DNA of 64,000 nucleotides, taken from contig NC_043005.1 in the NCBI RefSeq assembly GCF_006345805.1, forward strand, positions 76,942,001-77,006,000, written 5' to 3'. Below are positions 11,360-22,747 of this stretch, in pieces. The notes below the pieces were generated by a model. The model was not told where the DNA came from. It was given only the letters and a program-made list of their open reading frames with translations, and made no database searches. Origin of the DNA: Octopus sinensis. Its lineage: Eukaryota. Each line of letters starts with the position of its first letter. The stretch's first letter is position 1. The translations under genes and the position numbers were made by a program.

Positions 11360-12498
11360 TTAGTTATTGTGGGTAGAGAGCACTCAGACCAGCTGGTATC
11401 TCTCTTCCACGTTTCATCAGTCTTGACAAATCTCCAGATTTGTCCATCTTCCCGAAGACTGAAGCTTTCCTGTAGAGCTGAGTTCCTATTCAGGGAAGCC
11501 GCTACACGTAGCTTCGGACGTAGATCGGACGGTAAGCCTGGGCGTGTTCGGAAGGTGGTCCGATTTTCACGCCCAGCTTTAACTGAGGCCAGATTGTAAG
11601 AGGTTGCCTCAGTGTGGTCCGAAAAAGACAGCTTGATGAGCCTAGGTTTTGGGCCAGGTCGTCCAAGGCGGATAGCACCCGTTGGGGGAACGCAGCCTAG
11701 GGCTTTGGCTGAGTTGGCAGCAAATGCCTGAAGATCAGCCATGTCTTCAGGCACCCCAATGGCAATGACTTCATGGGTAGCAGAATCCGCGGTCTTAGAT
11801 GCGACAAGAGGTACAGGTACAGGGAGGTTCTTTAGCAGAGCATTCCGATAAGACCCCTCATTGTGGAGTCCAACCTGAATGGTTGCTTTTATTCCTGCTA
11901 CTTCCCCTCTTAAAGCACAGATCGATTGTTGCAGTTCTGCAAGAACCGCACTGGTCAATTGGTGTTGTTGTTGTTGCTGCTGCTGCTCTGGTTGTGGTTG
12001 ATTTTGTTGTTGCTGCTGTTGTTGTTGATGTTGTTGTTGCTGCTGCTCTGGTTGTGGTTGATTTTGTTGTTGCTGCTGTTGTTGTTGTTGCTGCTGCTGC
12101 TGCTCTAGTTGTGGTTGATTTTGTTGTTGCTGCTGTTGCTGTTCCGCCTCCTCCACGGGAGTGAAAGGGGGAGACACAATCGTCGGTTGTGGAGGCACGC
12201 AGGCCTGACACTGAAAAGTCCAAGATTTAAGCTGAACCATCTTCCAGAGTCTATCCATCATAGCATTATGATGGCTCTTTTTTTGGCCTGGGATCTTCTG
12301 AAAGTCCGTGGCACATTGGAGGCAGGCAGAGATGAGGCATGTCCCACATTCGACCCAGCGATTACGGAACGTATTTTCGGGTTCCGTACAGATGTGGCAG
12401 GTGTGATTTTCTGGGCAGTGTTCTATTTTGGAGCAGCGACCAGTCTTATCGCACGCCGCTATGGATTCCACCATGGCGATTCTGTTGCTTCTGGTCAT
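11332..12498 (-). CDS. LINE ORF1 protein, 388 aa, intact (PHD-like zinc finger, polyQ repeat, coiled coil, RRM-like domain)
   Basis: CHIC...CGTCLISACLQC Cys pattern; LAELQQSICALRGEVAGIK heptads; VIAIGVPED and RLGRPGPKPRLIKLSF typical of CR1/L2 ORF1 RRM. Confidence 0.85.
   Translation of the reverse strand: MTRSNRIAMVESIAACDKTGRCSKIEHCPENHTCHICTEPENTFRNRWVECGTCLISACLQCATDFQKIPGQKKSHHNAMMDRLWKMVQLKSWTFQCQACVPPQPTIVSPPFTPVEEAEQQQQQQQNQPQLEQQQQQQQQQQQQQNQPQPEQQQQQHQQQQQQQQNQPQPEQQQQQQQHQLTSAVLAELQQSICALRGEVAGIKATIQVGLHNEGSYRNALLKNLPVPVPLVASKTADSATHEVIAIGVPEDMADLQAFAANSAKALGCVPPTGAIRLGRPGPKPRLIKLSFSDHTEATSYNLASVKAGRENRTTFRTRPGLPSDLRPKLRVAASLNRNSALQESFSLREDGQIWRFVKTDETWKRDTSWSECSLPTITKKTTATQGN
11335..11341 (-). 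promoter_or_regulatory. Candidate -1 programmed ribosomal frameshift heptamer G_GGA_AAC
   Basis: Minus strand reads CAG GGA AAC TAA (end of ORF1). A -1 slip gives GGG AAA CTA AGC..., which runs without a stop into KLLSLNARSL of the APE domain. Confidence 0.7.
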
Positions 12499-13146
12499 CC
12501 GTAGAGACAGAAAATGTAAACAACAATACGATAAAAGTAAAATATAAAATATTTGTTTTTAATTCGTTCTTTTTTTGTGTATATTCCTTTTGTTCTTAAA
12601 TATTGCGTGTGTATATACACATGTTTCGTTCTTTTTTGTGTATATTCCTTTTTTTCTTAAATATTGCGTGTGTATATATAAAAGGATTTGTGCGTATGTT
12701 TAGTGTAGACACGGAGAAAGTTTGTAAACAGAAATGAAATCAGTGATTTTTTGATTTCTTTTGCAGTGTAGTCCGTCACATTAAATAGTGTGACTTATTT
12801 TCACTCTGCACGTATATATATGTGTGCTACAAGTATCTATGTATGTATGTATGTCACTGCTTTATAAATTTTGGACGTACTTACTGTCGTTCAACGTTTT
12901 CTTTTACCCTCAACTACACGTGGTGAATTCTTCCATTGTAGATCTGTGGTGGTCATCGTCTTTAGTTTCCTCGCCAAATTGATTATACCCTAATCAAACC
13001 ATTTGTTTGTCTACATGTGAATGTGTCTTTGTTTTAGTAACATTGTATTTTCCTCCTTTTCCTTTTTCCTTCCCATATTATATGGAACTTCGGTGGACAG
13101 CTACTCTAAGATTCCAGCTGCCAGGTTGCCATATTCCTTGACCATA

Positions 13147-13630
<484 letters not shown>

Positions 13631-13687
13631 ATTTATTTATTTATTTTTATCTAGTTTCAGCTCACGAAAATGCGTGGGCTCAATGGT

Positions 13688-13898
13688 TTTAAATTTTGGC
13701 ATAAAGCCAGCAATTTGTGGGGTGAGGTTAAGTCGATTAAAACGACCCCAGTGCTGAACTGGTACTTATTTTATCGACTCCGAAAGGATGGAAGTCAAAG
13801 TTAACCTCGGAAGGAGTTGAAATCAGAACGTAGCGACAGGCGAAATACCGCTGAGCATTTCGCCCAGCATGCTTAAGATTCTATCAACTGTCCGCCTT
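13688..13898 (-). mobile_element. tRNA-derived SINE, monomeric copy
   Basis: gactccgaaaggatggaagtcaaagttaacctcgg...aataccgctgagcatttcgcccagcatgct matches the family. Confidence 0.8.
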
Positions 13899-14589
13899 TA
13901 ATAATAATAGTGATGATAATCTGATTTTGGATTTGTATATCTTGGATATTAAACCTTCTTCTGTTGAACTAATGTGAAATATAAATAAAAGAAATGACAA
14001 TATAAAAATTGAATAGAGTAATCAAGTGAGAAAACACGAGAAGAATATTCCTAATATGATAACCATTTAAATGTTAGGAAAAGTTAATTTAATTTCTATA
14101 CATTCAATTGATCTATCTCTATCCATGTATGACATCAGCATATAATTGAATTAATGAGTGACTTATAGTAAGGCTTGTTGATACGCACGTTTGATAACAT
14201 GTTATGAATGCGTACAAGAATATCGATTCTTACGGAAAGGTAAATTATCGTAAAAACACTCCGAGATGCTGTGACTTTGAGGAAGAAATTATTGACTTCT
14301 GGTCCGTTACATGAATAGAAGCTGATAAACCTGTTGGCTCTTTTAAGAGTAATGACCATACTTATAATAGTCACACGGTAAAGAACTGTCACTTAATATT
14401 TTATGGCTATAAAACGATGTAATAATAATAACAATATACTTAAAGCTTTTAGATAATTTCAGATATGTTTGAGACATGTTTCACCAGTAAAAAGATCAGA
14501 TTGACTGCGTTTTTCCATGGGAAACGGTTCTTGCTATAGATAAAAAGCGTAAAAGCCAAATCATTTCAGAACGGTCTCCGCACACCATC

Positions 14590-14980
14590 TATAGACATAC
14601 ATACATACATACATACATACATACATACATACATACATACATACATACATACATACGTATATACATACGTACATACAAACATATATACACACATATACAT
14701 ACATATACAGATATACACACATGTACATACATACATATACACACATATACAATCATACATATACATCCATACATACATATATATCGAGATATACATAAGT
14801 ACATGCTTAAATACAAACATACATACAAACACATACATACACAGATATGCACCCATCCATCCATACACACATACATACATATATACTTATATACATACAT
14901 ACATACATACATACATACATACATACATACATACATACATACATACATACATGCATACATGCATGCATGCATACATACAC
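14590..14980. repeat. (ATAC)n microsatellite block
   Basis: Seen directly. Confidence 0.95.
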
Positions 14981-16071
14981 TGGGCTGGGTTCAGTAAAAG
15001 GAATCGTGTATATTACGAAAGCATAGGAACAAATACCTGCTTACCGACGTATAGACAGATCACTATTCCGGTTGTATATACGATTAAGCGCACCCGATTA
15101 AGTATATTATGAGTCTCAAGGCTGTATTTAGGGACACACACTACACCAGTTGTACTGCGCTTAATAGACCCTTGATCCACGCTAATAGCTGGTTCCGAAT
15201 AAGGTACTTAATAAATAGATAACAACAGATGGATAATTGTTCTTTCATTACAGCTGTTTCCAACGAATTATTTAATTGATGACTAAATATATTATATCAC
15301 GTGAAAAAAGAAACCGTTTTCCTCAGGTGAATATGCACGAATTATGCATTTAGAACATTTCAAAAGTTACCAGTTTGTGCCACTTTCTGATTCCCCTTCT
15401 CAGATTAGTAGTTGATACGGAAAAAGCATTACAATGACAAGAAGAGCTCTTTTGGGTCTGAAACGGATCGGACAACAATTAGAGGAATAAAAAATAAAAT
15501 TGCAAGAATGGCTTTATTTTCAAAGACAGGTCGTATAGCTAGCTATTCCAGGAATAAAAATATAAATAAAATGAATTAACCTTATCTCACATGTCGGAAC
15601 AGGATATCAGGGTCTCTCCCACTATTTTGTATTCTCCCCACTCACTTCTCTCATTATCTTTTAAGGTCATTTGTCTAGATCTATTTTATCCATTCTCTTA
15701 AAGATTATAGATTAAACATGATAACTTTGTCTTTTAGAAACTGTGCTGAAAATTATACCCTTTCCTCTAATATTTCTCCTACTATAAATGCTCTCCTCTC
15801 CCCGTAATGTGTTTTCTTATATTAACTACTAAACTAAGCAAGCGAATTTATTCTTTTAACTATTACTAGTCAGGTGACTTTTGGAACGCTTCAAATGTGT
15901 TATTCGTGTATATTCTCCTGTGATTTTTTTTATCACATGATGTAGTATCTCTATTCATCAGCAGAAAATGCGTTGGAAACAGCTGTAGTGAATGAACCGT
16001 TATCCATCTGTTCGTACCGTTGGCGATTTTTTTCCCTTCGTCTTCCCTTCTTTGGATCTTTCCTTTTCCTT

Positions 16072-16108
16072 TGTTTCTGACGAAGAGCTCCGCTCGAAAC
16101 GTTAAACA
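16072..16108 (+). ncRNA. Minimal type I hammerhead ribozyme (Penelope-LTR type)
   Basis: TGTTT-CTGACGA-A-GAGC(TCC)GCTC-GAAAC-GTT-AAACA: 5-bp stem I, 4-bp stem II, palindromic AACGTT stem III; predicted GUU cleavage after 16103. Confidence 0.75.
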
Positions 16109-16994
16109 CTCCTTCTTTCCTGAGCGTCCAACGATACTATATTTGTTCCACGTCCTAGCGTTGTTGTGTTTTTCTCTTAGTGTTTTCATGTTTGGACTAA
16201 CTTTATATATATATATATATATATACATACACACACTTGCGTGCATGTGTTTATTTATATACAGAGATACATACTTCTTACATACAGGAAGAGGATAATT
16301 GATGCCCTTCGTTTTGTAAGTAATTGCCAAACTGGCAACTTGGATAAGCTTGGATTATCAGAAAAAGAAATTAACTAACTAACCCGCGCATTACAAATAC
16401 AGTCTGTAAGTGAAACAGTAAAAATATTCAAGGTTTTTCTCAAGTTTAAAATGTGACATTGCTTTCGTTATCTGGAGATTCGTATCTTTGGTAGAAACTA
16501 GCTCCTTCCCCGAGGAAAAATTCAAATACTTTAATATTTGCAAACATACATGTATATAGGTATATGCGCTTATACACGCAGTCATTTCATATATATATAA
16601 ATATATATACCTGTGCGTGCGTGTGTGTGTGTGCGTGTACGTTCATACACATATGCATACAGACGGACATACAAAAGTGTCAGTAAGTAAGGCAAATTAT
16701 AATAGCGTTTTGGAAAACAAGAATGTTACAGTCAAACAACTTCACTGGAACTTTAAAAAGATATCTTCTACAGCGACGTTTCCAATCATTCTAGTAATGA
16801 GATAGAATAAAGAATCATAGACGTAATGATTTCGAAAGAAGTATAATACTTGTGATTAGAAAAAAGAGACAATGGTAAATTGCATTCTATAATGGTATTC
16901 TTGGAAGCCTCGGGGTGCCTCGATTGAAATTTTAATTGGAAATAACATTCATGTCCGTAGAATAAAAAAATAGTGTGTGGGGGAGAATGAAGAG

Positions 16995-17138
16995 AGAGAC
17001 AGAGACAGAGAGTGTGGGTGTGTGCGTAGACACAGTGAGAGAGAGAGAGAGAGAGAGAGAGTTATCGACAGATATATGGATGGATATGTGCACAAATGTC
17101 TCCATTCATAAGTACAAAACATCCATACATCTATCCTC

Positions 17139-17186
<48 letters not shown>

Positions 17187-17225
17187 ATCTATCTATCTGT
17201 CTGTCTGTCAATCTATCTACCTACA

Positions 17226-17267
<42 letters not shown>

Positions 17268-17268
17268 C

Positions 17269-17310
<42 letters not shown>

Positions 17311-17376
17311 GTCTGTCTGTCTCTCTGTCTATGTGTCTATATGTCTGTTTATCTGTCTATATCTATATGTATGTAT

Positions 17377-17408
<32 letters not shown>

Positions 17409-17421
17409 CAGATAGAGAGAT

Positions 17422-17458
<37 letters not shown>
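16995..17458. repeat. Compound (GA)n/(CT)n/(TCTA)n/(GATA)n microsatellite with complementary tracts
   Basis: Seen directly. Confidence 0.9.
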
Positions 17459-17460
<2 letters not shown>

Positions 17461-17461
<1 letters not shown>

Positions 17462-17583
17462 AGTACTGGGCTTTAAAAAAGCCACTCCTGGGGTCGATTT
17501 GTTCGACTAAAAGCCTTCAAGGCGGTGCCCCAGCATGGCCGCAGTCAAATGACTGGAGCAAATACAAGATAAAAGATAAAGAC
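17461..17583 (+). mobile_element. 3' portion of a second SINE family (tail ggcggtgccccagcatggccgcagtcaaatgactg)
   Basis: The same tail occurs reverse-complemented at about 52462-52497; ends in short AAGAT repeats. Confidence 0.7.
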
Positions 17584-17979
17584 AAATAGATGCGTGTGTA
17601 TCTATCCATGTATCTATCAATACACTCTCTTTCTCTCTCTCTCTCACACACACACTCACATGTATGTATATGCACGCACACAAACACACACACACACACA
17701 CGCAGACACACACATATACACATACACACACACACACATACACACATATGTATATAGCGAAGACATGACACGATATAGGTAAAGAAATTTGAAAAGAAAA
17801 TACGAAACCGGTTATTCCTCCAAAAACTAAGTTACTATACGCAAAATCTTATATAATTTTTTCTAACATAACGATTTAAATATGTTCTTTAACCATGTAA
17901 CACAAGCCTTCTGTAGTTTTTTCACTCTTTTTTGTCTTTTATACATCCAACCACGTGCTTTCACATAGCAACTCTCTCA

Positions 17980-18035
<56 letters not shown>

Positions 18036-18267
18036 ATATTAATAATAAAATATTAGGGAATAAATCCAAACTCACAGGGAAAAATCAGATTTAGGATTGA
18101 ATCCAATTTTATAGTAAAATATTATATTATATTAAATTAGAGATAAAACCACTATTAGGCAAATCAAACAATGAAAAACTTAAGCCAATACATAAAATTA
18201 ATTCATTTATGTTATTTTAAATATATATCAAAATTATTAAAAGTTTAATAAAAGATAATGAGTAAAA

Positions 18268-18336
18268 CACTACGATCGTTTCATGGCTGTCCAATTCGTA
18301 ATAATTCGAGTTATGGTTACTGTCAATCTTCAGGTG
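18268..18336 (-). ncRNA. Partly decayed hammerhead ribozyme, long stem II
   Basis: Minus strand: CAC-CTGAAGA-TTGACAGT...ACAGCCAT-GAAA-CGATCG-TA-GTG; palindromic ACGATCGT stem III is intact, stem II has mismatches. Confidence 0.5.
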
Positions 18337-18389
18337 ATTGAAATATTTATCTTAGCGAGGTTTAGCAATGAACATATATACATATATAG

Positions 18390-18443
<54 letters not shown>

Positions 18444-18458
18444 CATATATATATATAG

Positions 18459-18495
<37 letters not shown>

Positions 18496-18510
18496 GATAC
18501 ATATATATAA

Positions 18511-18746
18511 GTTCTGAGGAACTTGGACAAAGTAGATGTAGCGGTTTTTAAATCAGAGCTGGACCACTTCCTGTCGAAAGTCCCAGATGAACCTACCTCA
18601 CGGCAAGAGGTGCAAATGAGGGTAGCTATATCAAACTCCATTCTTCACCAAGTGCCACATATTAGAGAAGGCTCTTAGTAATAACAGTGTAACACAAAAC
18701 GGCGGTGCATCAGCATAGCCGCAGCTCTGAGCTGAAACTAATAAAT
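18511..18746 (+). mobile_element. 3' end of a second CR1-type LINE family
   Basis: Plus-strand translation [28 protein letters not shown]...SNSILHQV* resembles CR1-group ORF2 C-termini; followed by tail ggcggtgcatcagcatagccgcagctctgagctgaaacta. Confidence 0.7.
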
Positions 18747-18829
18747 ATATATATACTTTGATACTTTGATACTTTGATAGGTTTCGGCCATTATTGGCCC
18801 AGGCCATGTCTAACTTAATAGCACCACCT

Positions 18830-18883
<54 letters not shown>

Positions 18884-18900
18884 TAGATAGATAGATAGAT

Positions 18901-18955
<55 letters not shown>

Positions 18956-19964
18956 CCTATGTGTGTTTGCTCGCGTGAGCATGTATGTTTACGTGTGTGT
19001 AGGAGATAGCAGAGTGTAGATAGCAATTACAAACATCTGATAAATAAATCAAGAAAATTGACAGAAGACATTAAACAAAGCCGTCCACCTGCAGTGTCTA
19101 CACTGCCTCTGTTAAAATGGCTGACATATTACAAACTAATCCGTAGAAATATTTTCAATTGTTGTAAATCAGTTAGCGAGACTAGAAAATTAGTGAAGCA
19201 TCAGATAAATTATCGCCTGGCTATGAATGAAATCTTTATTGTTTGGTGTTAATGTTGGTGGTAATGAAAGTAATGTTTGTGTAGCTTTGAAGACTTTGAT
19301 TATAATGATAGTTGTTATGTAGTTCGCGATAGTATTAGTGTTGGTGTGGTTGTTAGTTGTAGTGATTCCATTGTCGATTGGTTGCAATGTTGACAGCAGG
19401 AGATATGTGGATGGCTTCAGGTTTTAATGTTTGGTATTTTTCTCGATATTGCTGTGTATTTATTTTCTAAAGCAATTTGACAGCCTTGATGAAACAAATC
19501 TATGATTAAATGTTGACCAAGTCATCACAATCGGGTGTCAACAAAATACATGATAAAATAAGCAAATTCTTCCTACACCCAACCACACATGTACACACAT
19601 ACACACGCGCGGAGACACCAACATGCACGCGTGCATGCGCGCGCGAGCGTGCATTGTGTGCTTATATATGCTGAAAGGACGGGATTCTAAGTTGATGGCG
19701 TTTTTCATACCAAGTCATTGAAAATTAAAATTATAAACTGTCTAATAATTACTTTAGTACAATTACTTGCAAGTGAAAAGGAGGCACATGTGTTTTATAG
19801 ATGAGAAATTAAGTCAATCTGTCTGGTGCTTTTAAAGGGAAAAGTTGACCTGGAAAATATCAAATGTCACATTGATTTACTCACAAGGTTACCAACCCTG
19901 CTAATTCAAAATATGCTTAATAGAAAGCTAAAGACTTGAAAGTGAAAAAGAATGGTAAAGGTAA

Positions 19965-21325
19965 ACAGATGTACTTCTTTATTGGCCACACAGGGCTGAA
20001 TGCAAAGAGGACAAAATACAAAGTAGAGCATTTCTTTTTAGGAAAAAGAGTAGAAAAACAAAAAAGTAGGTCGAATTTCGATCAAAAAGGATATATATTT
20101 ATATTTTATCTAGTTTCAGCTCACGAGCTGTGGCCATGCCGGGGCATCGCCATTCGTGAAAAAAATGTGGCCGATCAATAGGGATCGTGTATCACAGAAA
20201 TGTCAATGTATAAGGGAAAAGCAGATTATATCTGTGGAAAGAAAAGCCTACGGAAAAGACCACAGTAACCTTGGGCAATAGAGTCATGCAAAAAACACAT
20301 TACAGTAAGTGACTCTCTTTTTTCCTTTCTTTTTTGGTTCATAGGATTATGCTCAAGCTGTCTCCGTCTTTCACTCGTGCCATCCTTGCTGCATTCACCA
20401 ATTAAAAAAAAAAAATTTGAAACATTCACTAGACAAAATTTCCCTCTCTACTTTCACCTTCCTCTTCAAGTGATACTTGAAGAACTTGATGAGAGATTGA
20501 CCAGAGAGGAAAGTGTTTGTCTCCAATCCTTCCAGACGCATCCACCATACACATTCTTTCGCCATCGCCACAAGTACGATGAAAATGGCTCTTCCTTCCC
20601 GTTTCAAGGAAGGAGGGGCGACAATATTCACAATAGACTCGGTTGATAAACTGACTCGTTCCATACGCGATAGCAGTCGTTCGACATAGGCCTACAGGTC
20701 GGAAATGGTTGGATACTGTACGAGTGCGTGCAGGACGGTTTCGTCGCTCTGACCGCATCTCGGGCAGGTCGGCTTCGTGTTTTTCGAGCCATGCCTGTTA
20801 AGCCTATCTCGAACGAGTAGCGCTTAACTGCCAGGCCAGGGATCTCTGGAAGTTGTTCATAGGTTCCGGCTCGAATGTCGTTTTGAATAGGCGGGTCAGG
20901 TATTTCTCGCCGACGCCCAGGTTCGCCCCGAGATCGTAGTCGTGCCCCTCTCCACTAATCCCCTATAGAATGCTTTGGTTGTGCTGAAGTTGTTCAAGGT
21001 CGACCCAGGACGGCATAGTTGCTTGACAGCAACGCGACACTCGCGGTACCATTCGCCTTCCCTGGCTTCTTTTTGATCCACGACTGCAGTTCGGTCATGG
21101 AGACGAGCTGCAGGAAAGCGCGCCTCACAAACGGCAACAACACCTGTTCACCATTGTCTAAGTAGAGCCGGAGATATCGCAGTTTGAGCGCGTGTCTGCG
21201 CATCATCAACCACAGCATGCCCAGCCCTCCTTTTAACGGGTGTTGGCAGCAAACGAATCGCCTGACCATCGGAACGCATCCTTTCCACAAAAAGCGGAAG
21301 AGAATGTGCTTTAGTGATGCTACTG
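19965..21325 (-). mobile_element. L1/Tx1-clade LINE 3' fragment with 3'UTR
   Basis: ILFRFLWKG..VRR...P.KGGLGM, degenerate C-terminal knuckle (RTCGDGE), HLKRKVKVEREIL; 3'UTR ends ccctgtgtggccAATAAAgaag. Interrupted at about 20105-20150 by a CR1-type tail. Confidence 0.75.
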
Positions 21326-22067
21326 TTGATTCACTCAAGGACGTCCAGGGTTGCATCAAAACTAAAAAAGGAACCGCCAAACTGACTGACATAAATCACT
21401 GAAAGACACGATCTAGCCTCTGGCTCATTAGGAGCTGTCATCTCTCTCTCTCTCGCTCCCTCTCACTCTCTCTCTATCTCTCTCTGTTTTGTACGGATAC
21501 TTCGTTGGCCTCTACTACTCCCATTTGATCAGGTTCGTACCACCTTCACTCGAATGATGCTTATGGTTCTATGAGAAACGTTTGTTAAATATGTTTACTG
21601 TAAATGCAGCGAAGACATGGCTCTATCGCATGGATTCTCATAGTTGGCAACTAAGTGTTATTCTACTTGACATCTGCGACCTTCAGCTAGACAAAGTTTG
21701 GCAAGAAGAAGAGGCATTTTACATTTATTCACGGAAAGTGCTAACTTAATAACCAGGATATGTCCAGTGTTATTTATTCAGTCCAGTAACTTCTTCCTCA
21801 ACAGCCAACAATATTATTTCTATTAAAATAGATAAAACAAATATAGAAACAAAAATTTCAATAGCGATATCTTACTTTTATATATTTGTCTTTGTCGAAA
21901 TCTAGTGTATCATTTATTGTATTACTTTGAAAGAAATGTTACCATTCCTACACTTGTTTCTCTTACAAAACGCTATTACAGTTATTTTCATACACAACAC
22001 ATTGCGTGCCAAGCTATTTTTAATGTCTTTGAGATGTTTCAGTTGTGTTGGCACCCATACACCTAAT

Positions 22068-22382
22068 TTATTCCAGACAATCTATGCTGCATATATCTAA
22101 GATATATTCATGCTGCACAATTTCGCATTGGACACGTAGCAGGTCAAACCAACATCTCAGTAGGTAATAATAAGATGCAAACCATGATGCACAGGCGTAT
22201 GAATCGGTAGAATTTTGTCTATATTCTTTGAGTTGAAAAAGAATATTTTTGTATTCATGATTCAAAATTGTAATTGCTTTATCAAGATGGCGCCGTAAAT
22301 ATTCAAAATTCATTTTTCTACTGTTACACTGTTCTAAGACAATAGGACACTGTGAACTTTTGCATATTTGTCGGCATTCATA
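22068..22382 (-). CDS. Unassigned non-repetitive open frame (104 codons); possible terminal exon or chance ORF
   Basis: The frame stays open 23 codons upstream of the listed Met, to a TAG that could be a splice acceptor (ccgactag|TAT). Protein-like composition; no family recognised. Confidence 0.2.
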   Translation of the reverse strand, partial: YECRQICKSSQCPIVLEQCNSRKMNFEYLRRHLDKAITILNHEYKNILFQLKEYRQNSTDSYACASWFASYYYLLRCWFDLLRVQCEIVQHEYILDICSIDCLE

Positions 22383-22711
22383 CTAGTCGGAATGGACTAA
22401 ATTTAAATCTGAACATATATGAAAATAGGCTGTAATAAATTAGAAATAATCAATGAACGAGAATAGTCGCAATCATAATGGTTGGGTAAGCAGTTTGTTT
22501 GTGAGAAACAAGCCCATCTCAATGGCCATTTTGTGTCAGCTGATGCTTAAAAACATTGTACGAAATATGAGATTCTACACACACACACGCACGCACCCAC
22601 AGACACGCACACACACATATATAGACAATCAGACAAATAGACACACCCTCACATATACACACTGAGAGCAGAGAAAGATAGAAATACAGATTGATTAACA
22701 GGTAGGTAAAG

Positions 22712-22747
<36 letters not shown>

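Larger units (their letters stand above)
8431..13146 (-). mobile_element. Full-length CR1-group LINE (5'UTR, ORF1, APE-RT ORF2, short 3'UTR, (TTA)n tail) inserted into Dong copy 2
   Basis: The Dong sequence ...tttctaat|tgatgt(gt)gtatcaatacc is split exactly at 8433/13147. Contains APE, RT (KYADD) and CR1-type C-terminus (RGHAYK...FFTLRVAEAWNKLP). Visibly more GC-rich than the flanks. Confidence 0.92.

Noticed and set aside
8978-12504. Plus-strand ORFs overlapping the CR1 element and the alternative-frame T/A-rich ORF 11858-12223
   Set aside because: Antisense or alternative-frame shadows of a GC-rich coding region and its CAG/CAA repeat; no motifs.
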